NCBI GenBank assembly: GCA_000004985.1
Contig: GG738854.1
DNA: 64,000 nt
Reading direction: 5' to 3' (one strand)
From: Naegleria gruberi
Lineage: Eukaryota
This document shows, piece after piece, positions 1-10,720 of this stretch. Under the pieces are notes generated by a model, which was not told the DNA's origin, did no database searches, and worked only from the letters and a program-made list of their open reading frames with translations. Made by a program: the position numbers and the translations under genes. Numbering within the stretch: position 1 is the stretch's first letter; each line of letters opens with the position of its first letter.

Positions 1-735
1 AAGAGCCATATTAACATCATCATTACAAGTTGGATAATGATCATAATTTTTCACTGTCGTAATTGTTCCTGTATATTTTCTCAGATAGGGGTTTGAACTG
101 TTATCATAGCCCACATAAAAAGAAGGAAATCCATCTCCATAAACAGCATGAAAAGTTGCTTGTGGTTGATTCATAAAATCCAAAACCTTAATCTTTCTAT
201 TATCCTTAATATTCTTATCGAAAAAGTATCGATACTGAACCCCCTTTTCGTCTGGTTTCGATGTCTGCAAGTTATTATATATCTTATCAAACCCTGCATC
301 AGCTGTAATACCTTTAGAAAATCCAAAAAGCTTGAAATTTCCTGCACTAATAGACAAATTTGCCTCTCCAATAATGATTCTCATTCTAACTACAGGATTC
401 ACATTTGGATTCTGAAACCTTGAACTCTGCGTATCATTGAAGAGGGGATAATAATTCTGAAAGGTATGATTGGATATGAATTTCCATTGTAAAATAGCTC
501 GTCCCTTCTTATCACCATCAAGTGGCAACACTCGACAATGGGTAAATTTCTCCGATATTGTATTAATTGATAGTGTTGTTCCATTATTCCCATAAGTGAG
601 TGCATCACCCTTTGTTAAATTCCAAAACTTTTCCACTAAATTATTCCTCCGAAATTCATTCAATAATTCCAATGATGATGGTGATGATGGCAATAATTGA
701 AAGACACTAATTACTATCGGAAGAGAAATAATCAT
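1..735 (-). CDS. Secreted protein, family unknown; partial, C-terminus runs off the window
   Basis: ATG at 735..733 opens an ORF that stays open to position 1 (the ORF track omits it because no stop lies in the window). N-terminus MIISLPIVISVFQLLPSS is signal-peptide-like. Downstream sequence has moderate complexity (..GEANLSISAGNFKLFGFSKG.., ..FHAVYGDGFPSFYVGYDN..). No family recognised by eye. Confidence 0.5.
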   Translation of the reverse strand, partial: MIISLPIVISVFQLLPSSPSSLELLNEFRRNNLVEKFWNLTKGDALTYGNNGTTLSINTISEKFTHCRVLPLDGDKKGRAILQWKFISNHTFQNYYPLFNDTQSSRFQNPNVNPVVRMRIIIGEANLSISAGNFKLFGFSKGITADAGFDKIYNNLQTSKPDEKGVQYRYFFDKNIKDNRKIKVLDFMNQPQATFHAVYGDGFPSFYVGYDNSSNPYLRKYTGTITTVKNYDHYPTCNDDVNMAL

Positions 736-1120
736 GAGCAAAAGCAGTCTTAGTACTTTCTCCTTTCCAAAGCACGTTTGTGCCAGCAAGCCAAGTTGTT
801 CCGTCTTCACAAGCTTTGGAAGCAGCTTACTGTGAAACGCTTCATCATCACAATTTTCTCGACTTGTTATTACTTTATCCACAATTCTACCTTCCTCCAC
901 ACCATCATCATCAACACCATTATTATCATTCTTTATTTCCGTCCGTTCAAAACAAACATCATCCTCATCGCCATTATTCTTATAATTATAATTCTTATCA
1001 TCGTAATTATTATTACTATTTTTCTTCAATAACAATTCCAAGCTATTATCAAGAGTATTGCCATGAATATTATAACATTTCCCAAAGTTTTGATTTTTTA
1101 CGGATTGAATATCTTCCTCA

Positions 1121-1412
1121 TCATGGTTGAGATGATGAATTGGATAATGATGATGATGAGATCGAATGATGTGAATCATGTTGTTCAGAAGTATCACGAT
1201 AAATGGAGGAAAAAAGTTCACGATAGAATGGTACTGAGAGGATTCTTTGAACCAACTGCTGGTTATTGTCGAGTTGTTGTTGTTCATTCCTTGAAGTGAT
1301 CATCATTGTGGGGATGATTGGTGGTGGTGTGGAAGAGAGGATGATTCGAATGGTGAGATTTGTTGTTATGATCATCCTCGTGCTCGTGATGCAAGTCGTT
1401 TCTAACTTGCAT
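1121..1412 (-). other. His/Ser/Tyr-rich low-complexity region with a possible small ORF
   Basis: A minus-strand ATG at 1412..1410 in a perfect aaaaaaATG context opens MQVRNDLHHEHEDDHNNKSHHSNHPLFHTTTNHPHNDDHFKE*. A second, shifted frame gives the 1121..1450 ORF. The plus strand also reads HHHHQHH. The composition is coding-like but the frames are broken. Confidence 0.2.
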
Positions 1413-1493
1413 TTTTTTATTGTGGTATCTCTGGAAAGTTGTGTTGGCATTTGACAGGAGTACTTTTCCGCAGCAAATTCAACAATGTTTTAT

Positions 1494-4107
1494 TTACATG
1501 ACAAGACAATTTCTATCTGATGAATTATTCATCTTTTTACCTAAACTCTTGTTTCCAGAAGATGAAGGTTTCTGGTGATGTCTATTGACATTGGCATGTA
1601 CAGGTGCATTTGGATTGTGTGATCCGCCAAGAATGGATTTTATCACTTGTACATCATCCTCATCATACTCATCAACCAAATGTTGTCTTTCACCATCTTC
1701 CAGTAAGCTATCATAAGCATCCTTTTGTTCTTTCATGTATTGGAATACTTTCTGTTCATTGTCTTGTTGTTTGGATCTGGCAAGAGTGAATTCTTCATGG
1801 ACTATGGTGATGGTTTCGATCAAGTTTTGATCTAATTCAGCTTCCAATTGCTCTTGTGTGTAATTTGTAAAGTTTCTGGCAATGAGATGGATACAACATT
1901 TTTTGACAATTTCAGCTTGACACATTTCAGCAACTTGACACATTTGTAAAACGTTGGAAGGTTGAAGATAGAGGACAATCTTTCTCTCTGCTGCAAGTTT
2001 GAGTGTATCAATGTTAAATCTGGTAGCCAGTTCAAGGAGAGGTACACTTTGCTCAGCAGTCAACTCATTATCATTGATATTTCCACCTGTGTAAATGTGT
2101 TTCAATAGAATTTCGAATGAATCTCTGGTGGTGCTGTCGAGGTGAATAACCTTTTGGAAACTTTCACTGAATTGACCAATGGAGAACATGGCTCTGAAAT
2201 ATTCCAATCTGGCACATAAAATACAACGATGTGATCTGATAAATGTTCCATCATCCAATGAAAAACTCACGTCTGAGAGGAAGGAGAAGATGGTATCAGC
2301 TGCTGGGTCATTAAGTCCTGAACTTTCTCTCATTGCCAATTTGTACAAATTTTCAAAATCTCTGGTATAATCACTCAGCTCTCCAAGAAGACTGCTTGAT
2401 CCCTTGACTTTTTCATGGATCATTTCTTTGGAAACCACCTCAATCATTGTAGCTAGATCCTTCTTATTCTCATCAGATATATCCTCTTTTTTTAACAATT
2501 CTGTCAAAATTTTGGTAGCTGCTTGTGTATTGTTAATATGTTCATTAATGATGAGAAGCATTCGTTCATTCTTTGCTGAACGACCAGTTGCATTGGTATA
2601 AATGAAATTCAATAGTTCATCCAATTCTTCTTGACTTTCAACAAAATCCAGGGTAATTACTCTTTCAATGTGTGATGTATCTGTGACCTTGAATTTTGAT
2701 GATTGATTATTATTCGATTCCAAATATTCCTTAATCAATAAACTTGTAAATAAAGGACTACGGGCACTAAGAATGGCAGCATGGCAAACAGCTTCATGTC
2801 CATTCTTTGATTTGAGAATACAATCAGCATAGTATTGAGTTTCTTTCAAAAGTTTGGTATAACTTGCTGTGAAACTCATACCAGTCACTAAAAACATATT
2901 GTAACCACCAACAAAAACATCACCAATATAAGTTTCAGCAATGGAACCGACTGGAGTTGGATCATTAACATATTTACCGTGACCATGCCCCAAATTAAAG
3001 TGCAAATTGTGTCCCCAAGAGTAGACATTTCCATCATTGGTCAAGACAATAAATGAACTGTATGATGAGGCAATCTTTTTGATATTTCCTTTTGAAATTG
3101 GAATGCTCACCATTGTGGGGTTCATAATTTCACTGTTTGCATCACTGAGATGATCATTCTTTTCAGTTTTTGCTGTTTTAATTCTTCCCCAAACATAAAT
3201 ATTACCCAAATTATCCAAAGCCATTGTATGTCTCATTCCACAACTCACTTGAACCCAACGAGAACCACTCTCAGCATATGGATGTTTCACTTCAACAATT
3301 TTTTCCTCACTAATATGAGCACTACCGTCCTTAGTCACTTGGCCATCACTATTTTTACCATAGCCAAACAATTTTCCACTCTCAGTCAATACAAATCCAT
3401 GGTGAGTTCCACAATTCACACTGGCACAAACCTCTGAATCAATCAATGAATTTCTCACCATGACAGGTTTATGTCTATTCTCCAAACCCCAAGTGAATAA
3501 TCTTCCATCCTCACTCACAGCAGCCGAATGTCCTTCACCAGCTGCACAATCAACAATTCTATGCGAAAACAAGTATTGAATTGGTTCTGGTATTCCACAC
3601 AATGAAGACATTCCGTGCCCACATCCCATTCCAAAGCCGAAACTAAATAAAGTTCCATCACAAGTCAAAACGAGTGAATGTGTCTTTCCAGCACTTGCTT
3701 TCAATACACGATGATGTGCACTTGTACTGAATGGTTCTTTAACTTCGATCGGAAGTGTATAATTTAAAATATCAAGAGATTCAGGTTCACCTAAACCAAG
3801 AGCACCATATCTATTTCTTCCAACTATTCCATTTAGTTTAGAATAGTTTTTTATATGATTAATTATAAAAAGATCAAATGATCATTACACTACCTCCATA
3901 AAGATGTCCACTTGTAGTAACAATCAGAGAATGCCACAAACCCACCGAAATAGACTGAATATCGAGAGACGAAAGTTGTGGAGATTCCACCAATGTCGTC
4001 TGAGTTTTATAAGTATCAAGTGCTAAACCACCAAATCCTCCGAAACCAACTTGCTACTGTTGGAAATGTATTTCTATTAGAAACTTACCAGCAAGAGTTG
4101 CAGACAT
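1494..4107 (-). CDS. RCC1-repeat plus BTB/POZ domain protein (RCBTB-like), 3 exons
   Basis: Exons on the minus strand are 4107..4089 (MSATLA), 4049..3894 and 3823..1494. Introns are 4088..4050 (39 nt, GTAAGT..AAG, phase 1) and 3893..3824 (70 nt, GTAGTG..ATAG, phase 1). Splicing removes in-frame stops and yields consecutive RCC1 blades (GFGGFGG.., GHLYGVGRNRYGALGLGEPE.., GHSAAVSEDGRLFTWG..). A central BTB-like region and a C-terminal tail follow. About 834 aa in total. Confidence 0.7.
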
Positions 4108-4366
4108 TTTTTTAGATGTTGATAACAAGTGAGAACTCGAATCATCATAATTGTTGGGAACAACAGAACTTGTTTACAATACTTTTTAATATTGCATGAC
4201 ATGTTTAATTTGATTGCAACATAACCTTTAATATTAAATTTTAAAAGCCAAGTTGACCATACTTTGAATCCACCAAGATTCTTCTAGCTCACTGAAAGAG
4301 TTAGAGAAAGAGTGAACCACAAATGGCACGCACAAAATCCAGGAACGAAACTAGCAGTAATAAAAA

Positions 4367-5205
4367 ATGTCGTTATCTGATGATTCTTTCACAAAGACAA
4401 AGAGAAAATACTCCGATTATGAAAAAGATTATAAAGAAGAAGATGATGCTGATGATGAATTAATTTATGATCGTTTTGATAAGAAACGTAAAGGTGAAGA
4501 AGAATTAATTGTCGGAATGAAAACAATGTTAAATGTTCAACCTGATGAGGTGATTTTCTTACTCCGAAGGCAACAATTGGTATTTCGAGTGTTTCTCATC
4601 AATTTAGAAGAGTTTGGAAAGAAACTCCGAATGGAATTGTTTACAATATGATTATTCAATTGAACTATTCCTTTAAGAAACGTTCCTGTTCCTTGGATGA
4701 TAGAATTCAAGTGGCCAATTTTTCCAAATCGGCAATAATAGGAGCTTTCATTCAGGGAGAATCATCAGAAAAGATTCTTTCAAAGACAGAACGTTTTGTT
4801 GATGAATTAAGCAAAATTAAGGATAAATCTGAAAATTTCACAAATGCCATTTCAAGAATTGACAGATTTGATTATGGACAAGATGACAAAATGTATTATG
4901 GAGCTTCCCTTCGTAGAGCTGCTGGTTTTGAAATATCCTTTGGTAAACTTGGAGTATTGAGATATTGGCAATGGAAAGAAAGAGATGAGGAATTTGGAGA
5001 TTCCACAGTATTTGCTAAATTATCCAAAAAATTGGAAACTTTGAATTTGACAGAGGAAGAATGGGATGTTATCATTGAAAATTCGATTGGATATTTGGAG
5101 GAAGAACAAGTGGAAATTTGTTTTTATGAATTTCAGTATGAAGAGGAGATGGGAGATTCAATTTTTATGGATAATGAATTGGTACCATCACTGCCTTGTG
5201 ATTAA
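4367..5205 (+). pseudogene. F-box-like family member, copy 1 of 3 tandem paralogues; apparent frameshift in the F-box region
   Basis: Frame A (4367..4651) encodes an acidic/basic N-terminus that reaches ..QPDEVIF. The conserved continuation (ATIGISSVSHQFRRVWKETPNGIVYNMIIQLNYSF.. and the C-terminal domain, 4549..5205) lies in a different frame. Nucleotide comparison with copy 2 shows a roughly 13-nt, non-multiple-of-3 loss near 4555..4566. No GT..AG intron can repair the frame. Confidence 0.5.
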
Positions 5206-5248
5206 ATTCTATGATTGGCTGTCAGCTTTCAATTTTACAATAAAAAAA

Positions 5249-6091
5249 ATGTCAGCACAAGAAAGTGAAGAAACATCAAACTCATGCTACTCTTCAGATG
5301 ATGAAGAACAGAGTCAGGGAACAAAGAGAAAGCTTGATGATGATGATTTTATTTCCAAAAACAAGAAACAAAAACAAACAATTATTGGAGTGCAAACTCT
5401 CGGACAAATGCCAGACGAAATTATTGAACAAATATTCGATTTTATTCCGAACAGATATTCGGCAATTCGTGTTTCTGGTGTTTCTCAACAATTTAGAAGA
5501 GTTTGGAAGAAGACTACTTTTGGAATCGTTTACAATATGATTATTGAACTAAACTATTCTTTTGTGAAACATTCGTATTCTTTGGATAAACAAATTGGAA
5601 TTGGCCGAATTGTTAAAGAAGAGATCAATCAACTGTTTGCTGAAAAAGAAGATGAAAAGCAAGATTTATTTTATGAACAACAGGCTGATCTTTTAATTGA
5701 AGAATTGAGGAAAAAAGAAAACATGTCAGAAAACTTTACAAAAGCACTTTCAGAGATTACAAGATTTGATTATGGAGAAGAGAGGGATGTGCCTAATGGA
5801 GTATGTATGGGAGTGAGTAAGGGAATGGAGATTGAATTTGGAGATCTAGGGATGATTAGATTTTGGAAATGGGATCAAATCTATGTTAAACATGGAGACT
5901 CTATAGAATCTGGCATAATGTCGGAAAGTTTACTTGATTTGAATTTGACAGAGGAGGAATGGAATATCATTATTGAAACTGCAGGTAGTAAAGCAGATCT
6001 GTGGCTTAGATATAAAAACTTTGAGCACCACAATGAAGTGGGCTCAATATTTGAGGATCATTTGTTAGAAATTTCAAGTGAGCTTTGGTGA
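5249..6091 (+). CDS. F-box-like protein with a conserved C-terminal domain of unknown function (copy 2)
   Basis: aaaaaaaATG start; intact 280-aa ORF. Motifs MPDEIIEQIFDFIP (F-box-like), QQFRRVWKK, IVYNMIIELNYSF, ENFTKALSEITRFDYGE, EFGDLGMIRFWKW and LNLTEEEWN are shared with the copies at 4367 and 6258. Confidence 0.6.
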   Translation: MSAQESEETSNSCYSSDDEEQSQGTKRKLDDDDFISKNKKQKQTIIGVQTLGQMPDEIIEQIFDFIPNRYSAIRVSGVSQQFRRVWKKTTFGIVYNMIIELNYSFVKHSYSLDKQIGIGRIVKEEINQLFAEKEDEKQDLFYEQQADLLIEELRKKENMSENFTKALSEITRFDYGEERDVPNGVCMGVSKGMEIEFGDLGMIRFWKWDQIYVKHGDSIESGIMSESLLDLNLTEEEWNIIIETAGSKADLWLRYKNFEHHNEVGSIFEDHLLEISSELW

Positions 6092-6257
6092 TGATGGAAC
6101 ATAAATTGAGTTTAGAATATTCAAATATTGCTAGAAATAATTATTTTCTGTTCAATAAACCCAGTATCAGTTATACTAAAGTACTTCATATCATGCCGCG
6201 GTATTATCTTTCGAATAATTTCACAGTTTACAAAATATTATTTTTTTTTTTAAAAAA

Positions 6258-7046
6258 ATGTCATCACAACAATCTAATATTATTGATGATAATCAATCCA
6301 CAATGAAAAAACATGACAAAAATAGCCAAATTTCTCACCACCACAAGAAAAATCTGGCAAGTCAACCTGAGGAAATTATTGAGCAAATATTCGAATTTAT
6401 ACCTAGAGATGAAATTATTCGTGTATCGGGAACTTGCCAGCAATTCAGGAGATTGTGGAAAGAAAGTCCTCATGGAATAGTTTTTAACATGATTATTCAA
6501 CTAAACTATTCCTTTCAGAAATATTCCTATTCTTTGAATGATGAAATTGAATTGGGAATATATACAAAGGAAACAATTAGTAGAATGATTTGTAAGAAGG
6601 AAAAGGAAAGGCAACAGTTATTTAATCTTGAAAAGAAAGATCGATTGTTAACTAAATTAAGTGGAAAGGAAAATATTTCTGAAAATTTCAACAAGGCAAT
6701 TAAATTGATTACAAGATTTGATTATGAAGAAATAGAAAGAGAACACAATAATTCACCGTGTTATGCACGTGGATTTGAAATTGAATTTGGTCAACTTGGA
6801 ATGATGCAACTTTGGAAATGGAATTATTTAAGAGAAGACCACAGCGAATTATCAGCCAAAATGTCAGAAAAATTGAAATCATTGAATTTAACAGAAGATG
6901 AATGGGATTTCATTATCAAAATGGCATGTAACTATATTAATTTATCGAGGGTTGATTTGGATGATTTTTACTATCAAGAAATTCGCGAATCAATATTTAA
7001 GGACCATTATATTATGACCAAACCTATAATTTCTTTCAGGTTTTAA
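6258..7046 (+). CDS. F-box-like protein (copy 3)
   Basis: aaaaaaATG start; 262 aa. Motifs QPEEIIEQIFEFIP, QQFRRLWKE, IVFNMIIQLNYSF, ENFNKAIKLITRFDYEE, EFGQLGMMQLWKW and LNLTEDEWD place it in the same family as copies 1 and 2. Confidence 0.6.
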   Translation: MSSQQSNIIDDNQSTMKKHDKNSQISHHHKKNLASQPEEIIEQIFEFIPRDEIIRVSGTCQQFRRLWKESPHGIVFNMIIQLNYSFQKYSYSLNDEIELGIYTKETISRMICKKEKERQQLFNLEKKDRLLTKLSGKENISENFNKAIKLITRFDYEEIEREHNNSPCYARGFEIEFGQLGMMQLWKWNYLREDHSELSAKMSEKLKSLNLTEDEWDFIIKMACNYINLSRVDLDDFYYQEIRESIFKDHYIMTKPIISFRF

Positions 7047-7213
7047 AAGTGTTGATTTCAAATTATAAAATAAAAACTGAATGTATTTAGTTAAAGCAGG
7101 TTTGAAACACTTTCGTATGTGATTTTAATTTTGTTGGTGTTATCTTGTAAATCAAAATTACAGGCTAAGGAACTAATTCAATAAAATAGCATTGCAACAA
7201 AATTAAAATCACA

Positions 7214-7284
7214 GGGGGCGAGGGGGAATCGAACCCCCGGCCACAGCTTTGGAGGCTGCGATGTTACCATTACACCACCGCCCC
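7214..7284 (-). tRNA. tRNA-Trp (anticodon CCA)
   Basis: Reverse complement reads GGGGCGGTGGTGTAATGGTAACATCGCAGCCTCCAAAGCTGTGGCCGGGGGTTCGATTCCCCCTCGCCCC. It has a 7-bp acceptor stem, D-arm, anticodon loop CTCCAAA and T-arm GGGGG-TTCGATT-CCCCC. No intron. Confidence 0.85.
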
Positions 7285-7390
7285 TTGTGTGATAATATTG
7301 TTTTTGGCATTCAATATAACCTGATTGAGCATCAATAATAATGCTTTATTCCCTATCTCTTATTTCTCTTACTAAAAGTCAATATCGTTA

Positions 7391-7860
7391 CTACATGAGG
7401 AAAGCAGCAGAAGCCTTTCTCTTTGTTGATGAAGTAATTCCCTTTTCTGTTTGTTGAGCTACTCTTGTTGTTTTGTTCTTCTTATCGAAACATGACCTAT
7501 CAGTGCGAACACTGTTTTCGTCATTCAACTCCATTTCGCTCCACAAGGACAGTAATCGAGGATTAACCACATCAGCAAGTGTTTGAACATGACTAAAACG
7601 TTTCTCCCAACCATTCAACTTGACTTTAACCTTGAGCAAATTTCTCAAGTTGCAAAGGCAATTAAATCCACCTCCTCCACATTTTCAAAAGCATGATCTG
7701 ATCCCTTGCCGATACTCCGAACGTCCCCTGTTTGCCAAAATCTTCAACAACCTTTCCAAAGTCAAATTCTTCGACAGGGTACATCTTCAAGGAAAGATCT
7801 TTTTTTTTCTTTTAAAAGCCAACTTGCAGGTTTAAGAATATTTGGTTTCGTTTACAACAA
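7391..7860 (-). CDS. Small ORF or ORF pair of unknown function; possibly a frameshifted or mis-spliced small gene
   Basis: An ATG at about 7791 opens MYPVEEFDFGKVVEDFGKQGTFGVSARDQIMLLKMWRRWI*. A +1-frame ORF (7391..7648) continues ..LKVKVKLNGWEKRFSHVQTLADVVNPRLLSLWSEMELNDENSV... GC content is coding-like. I found no canonical intron that joins the two frames. Confidence 0.25.
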
Positions 7861-7895
7861 GATATCCACCAATGAAAATCTACAAACAAAAAAAA

Positions 7896-8444
7896 ATGGC
7901 AACAAGCAAAAATCAACTTGTTTTAACCATGAGCGATTATTATGATTGCCCATTGCATGGAGTGGCCAATCTCTTCGATCAGCCACACATTTACGAGAAA
8001 CATGGAACAATCGATAACGATTTTGAACCCTTTTATTATTTGAAACCAATTTATGATACAAATTTTCTCAAATTACTATTGGAAGATTGGGATATATGGG
8101 TGAGATATTATGATACAATGATTCGGAATGAACTTGGACCCAAAGATTTGCATCCCTGTTTAGCCATTGATCAGGAAAGAAGTAAACAAGTGGAAGAATT
8201 ATTAAAGAAATATTCGTATAATATTTCTACTGAGGAAGTTGATCAAGTGATTAAGGCATATGGAGAATTTACACCGAAAACAAAGGTGAGAGGAGTTGCA
8301 AAGCCGGATACGGTTAATTGGAGTAATATTGAGTATGGAGCTAATTATTCAGTATTAAATTTTCTTTCGGATACGAGAGGAGTGATAAAAAGGGATAAAT
8401 TGACTGATGTGACATTTGAATTCAAGTATTCTGAAGATGAATAA
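7896..8444 (+). CDS. Hypothetical protein (182 aa)
   Basis: aaaaaaaaATG context; ORF MATSKNQLVLTMSDYYDCPLHGVANLFDQPHIYEKHGT...FEFKYSEDE*. Moderate complexity. No domain recognised. Confidence 0.5.
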   Translation: MATSKNQLVLTMSDYYDCPLHGVANLFDQPHIYEKHGTIDNDFEPFYYLKPIYDTNFLKLLLEDWDIWVRYYDTMIRNELGPKDLHPCLAIDQERSKQVEELLKKYSYNISTEEVDQVIKAYGEFTPKTKVRGVAKPDTVNWSNIEYGANYSVLNFLSDTRGVIKRDKLTDVTFEFKYSEDE

Positions 8445-8723
8445 AAAGGATTTAGGAAATATCAATTTGATCAGTAAGAATAAGCTAATCTCCTCAATTA
8501 GCTCACTATTAGAATCTAGTTGAAACTCAACTTATCTTCATCAATATTTTCTTCTATTAAAGAAGAACTAATTTTTCACATTAATAAGGAAGATAACATT
8601 AATTACAAGATTTTTATGATATTATCGTGATTTTCTTAAACCAAGAAAGAAAACAAGAAGAAAACCAAAGAATACATTTCGAGTTCTAAAAAGATCCAAT
8701 CTATCTCACATCACATAAAAAAA

Positions 8724-10460
8724 ATGATTCAACTCCTTGACTTGGATTCTCTTGCTTCCATCTTCTCATTTCTTCCTGACAATCACCGAGGAAAATCTGC
8801 TCAAATATTGAAATGTGTTTCCAAGTACTTTTCCCACTTGTTTTCAGTAAATTATAATCATCAATATACTGATTACTTTCGGGAAGTGTTCGGATCAATG
8901 TTTGTGCCAAAGATGTATATTCAACTATGTAGGCTTTCTACTCAGTCCTCCGATCGTGATGAATTTGGAGATCAATTTAGCAATTGTTTAAAAAGATTAT
9001 TCGGAAGAAGATTTGAAGCAATTTCCAAGACTGAATTTGAATTGGAGTTTGATTTTCCAACTACTACTGAAGAGAAGAATACTGAACATATTTTGAATTT
9101 TCTTCCACACATTGTGGAGCAGAATTCAGACGAAAGGCAATACTTGTTGGATGATGAAAAACATTCTGCCAATCATGATTTGATAAAGCAACTGCTACAT
9201 TGGAAGTTTAATTCTAAAGATTCACTGACATTGAATAATTATCGGAACTTTGATAAAAGGAAGAAAATCAATGCATTTCGTTTCTTCAAAAAATTCAAAT
9301 TTCATTTTCAATTAGTCACTAACTCCACATTGGGAGAAACAGAAATTTACACTTGTAAATACTTTAATCTATTCGAAGTATGGGATAATGTCATAGTTCC
9401 CAAACTAGATTCAACTTCTGTTAGATGTGAAATAGAGAAGAGTTCAGAATCTCAAGCTTATGGAATTATTCGTTCTTCTTTTCTGAACTTCATCAAGTAT
9501 GCAGAAAAATATGGAGACTTTGAATTGCAACAAATATATAATGGGAAAGAGTTGGATGAATTACAAAAAATCTCACAAGAAGGTTCTATTACTGACTTGA
9601 TTGACTATTTGACCATTTCAAGAAATATAATAATGCATTTCACAACGAGTATACTCTCCAACAATACCAACCTGATTCGATATTCTTCCATAGAGAGGCC
9701 ATACTTTCACCCTAAAATACGCACTGCTTTGGGAATTACTGAGAACCTATCACTCATACCATGGAATGTATTTACCAACAATATTAGACTCGAGTTCTCT
9801 TCAATCATTCTCTATCACTTGTTGGAGGATGCGTTGAATATTTCAGAGGAATATCTCACCAAGTACAGAAACATACACAACCTACCAATATATCACCAGA
9901 AAGAGCAGAGGATTACTTTTGTATCGAATAGGAACAATTTTGTTCTCAAATTTCAAACCCTTGAATTCTACAGAACTGTTGCCATAATTAGAAATAACAT
10001 TGTGACAATACCCTTCTACCCAAGTGCATCCCTTGAGGGTTTCTCTCATCATGTTCCTCGCGACCAAGTATCAACCTTCCCTACCACCTTAGATTCAGTC
10101 AATCTGTGTTGCATGAAGTACTGCACCTTCAATACTATCACTGCTCCATTATGGTGTGTTCCTTGCTGTTGCTGGTGGGGTGCCATGACTTGTTGTTGTC
10201 TCTATCCTCTATGTTATCAAGCAGAGAAATTGCTCTCTGGAGATGGTATGTGTGATGCACTGGTGGACAGCAAACATAGATGCATGTCGTGTTTTGATTG
10301 TGATGTATGTTTATTCGTTTCTGCCAACTCCTTGTGTTATCCTTGCTTTTTATTAAAGGCCAGGGTAACCGATGGACCTTTTCTACCAGAGGCCAGAAGT
10401 TGGACCATTGCTGACGACAAGATATTTGGAAATAATAATAACTATTGCAATATTCTGTAG
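8724..10460 (+). CDS. F-box-like N-terminus with an unusual Cys/Trp-rich C-terminal region (578 aa)
   Basis: aaaaaaaATG start; N-terminal LLDLDSLASIFSFLPDN is F-box-like. The last roughly 100 aa are CCMKYCTFNTITAPLWCVPCCCWWGAMTCCCLYPLCYQ...CMSCFDCDVCLFVSANSLCYPCF. Confidence 0.5.
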   Translation: MIQLLDLDSLASIFSFLPDNHRGKSAQILKCVSKYFSHLFSVNYNHQYTDYFREVFGSMFVPKMYIQLCRLSTQSSDRDEFGDQFSNCLKRLFGRRFEAISKTEFELEFDFPTTTEEKNTEHILNFLPHIVEQNSDERQYLLDDEKHSANHDLIKQLLHWKFNSKDSLTLNNYRNFDKRKKINAFRFFKKFKFHFQLVTNSTLGETEIYTCKYFNLFEVWDNVIVPKLDSTSVRCEIEKSSESQAYGIIRSSFLNFIKYAEKYGDFELQQIYNGKELDELQKISQEGSITDLIDYLTISRNIIMHFTTSILSNNTNLIRYSSIERPYFHPKIRTALGITENLSLIPWNVFTNNIRLEFSSIILYHLLEDALNISEEYLTKYRNIHNLPIYHQKEQRITFVSNRNNFVLKFQTLEFYRTVAIIRNNIVTIPFYPSASLEGFSHHVPRDQVSTFPTTLDSVNLCCMKYCTFNTITAPLWCVPCCCWWGAMTCCCLYPLCYQAEKLLSGDGMCDALVDSKHRCMSCFDCDVCLFVSANSLCYPCFLLKARVTDGPFLPEARSWTIADDKIFGNNNNYCNIL

Positions 10461-10720
10461 TTTATGATGAAGGAAGAAAATCAAATAGGAAATATCAATG
10501 GTTGAATTCATTGTTTCTTACGGAGCTACTCGGACAGCTATTGTAAAAAGACTCAAGTGTTCGTTTTGATTGGATTCAATTGATGCATTTATAACACCAC
10601 AACCATTTTAAATGTTTTTTAAATGTTTATTGAACATTGTTCTGAATAGTTCCATTATTGACAATTTGAACAATCCAAATAATATTATTTTATCATTTTC
10701 TAAAATTAAATCAAAAAAAA

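Noticed and set aside
5066-5248. ORF-track N-terminal extension of F-box copy 2
   Set aside because: It overlaps the 3' end of copy 1 in another frame. The aaaaaaaATG at 5249 matches the start architecture of its paralogues.
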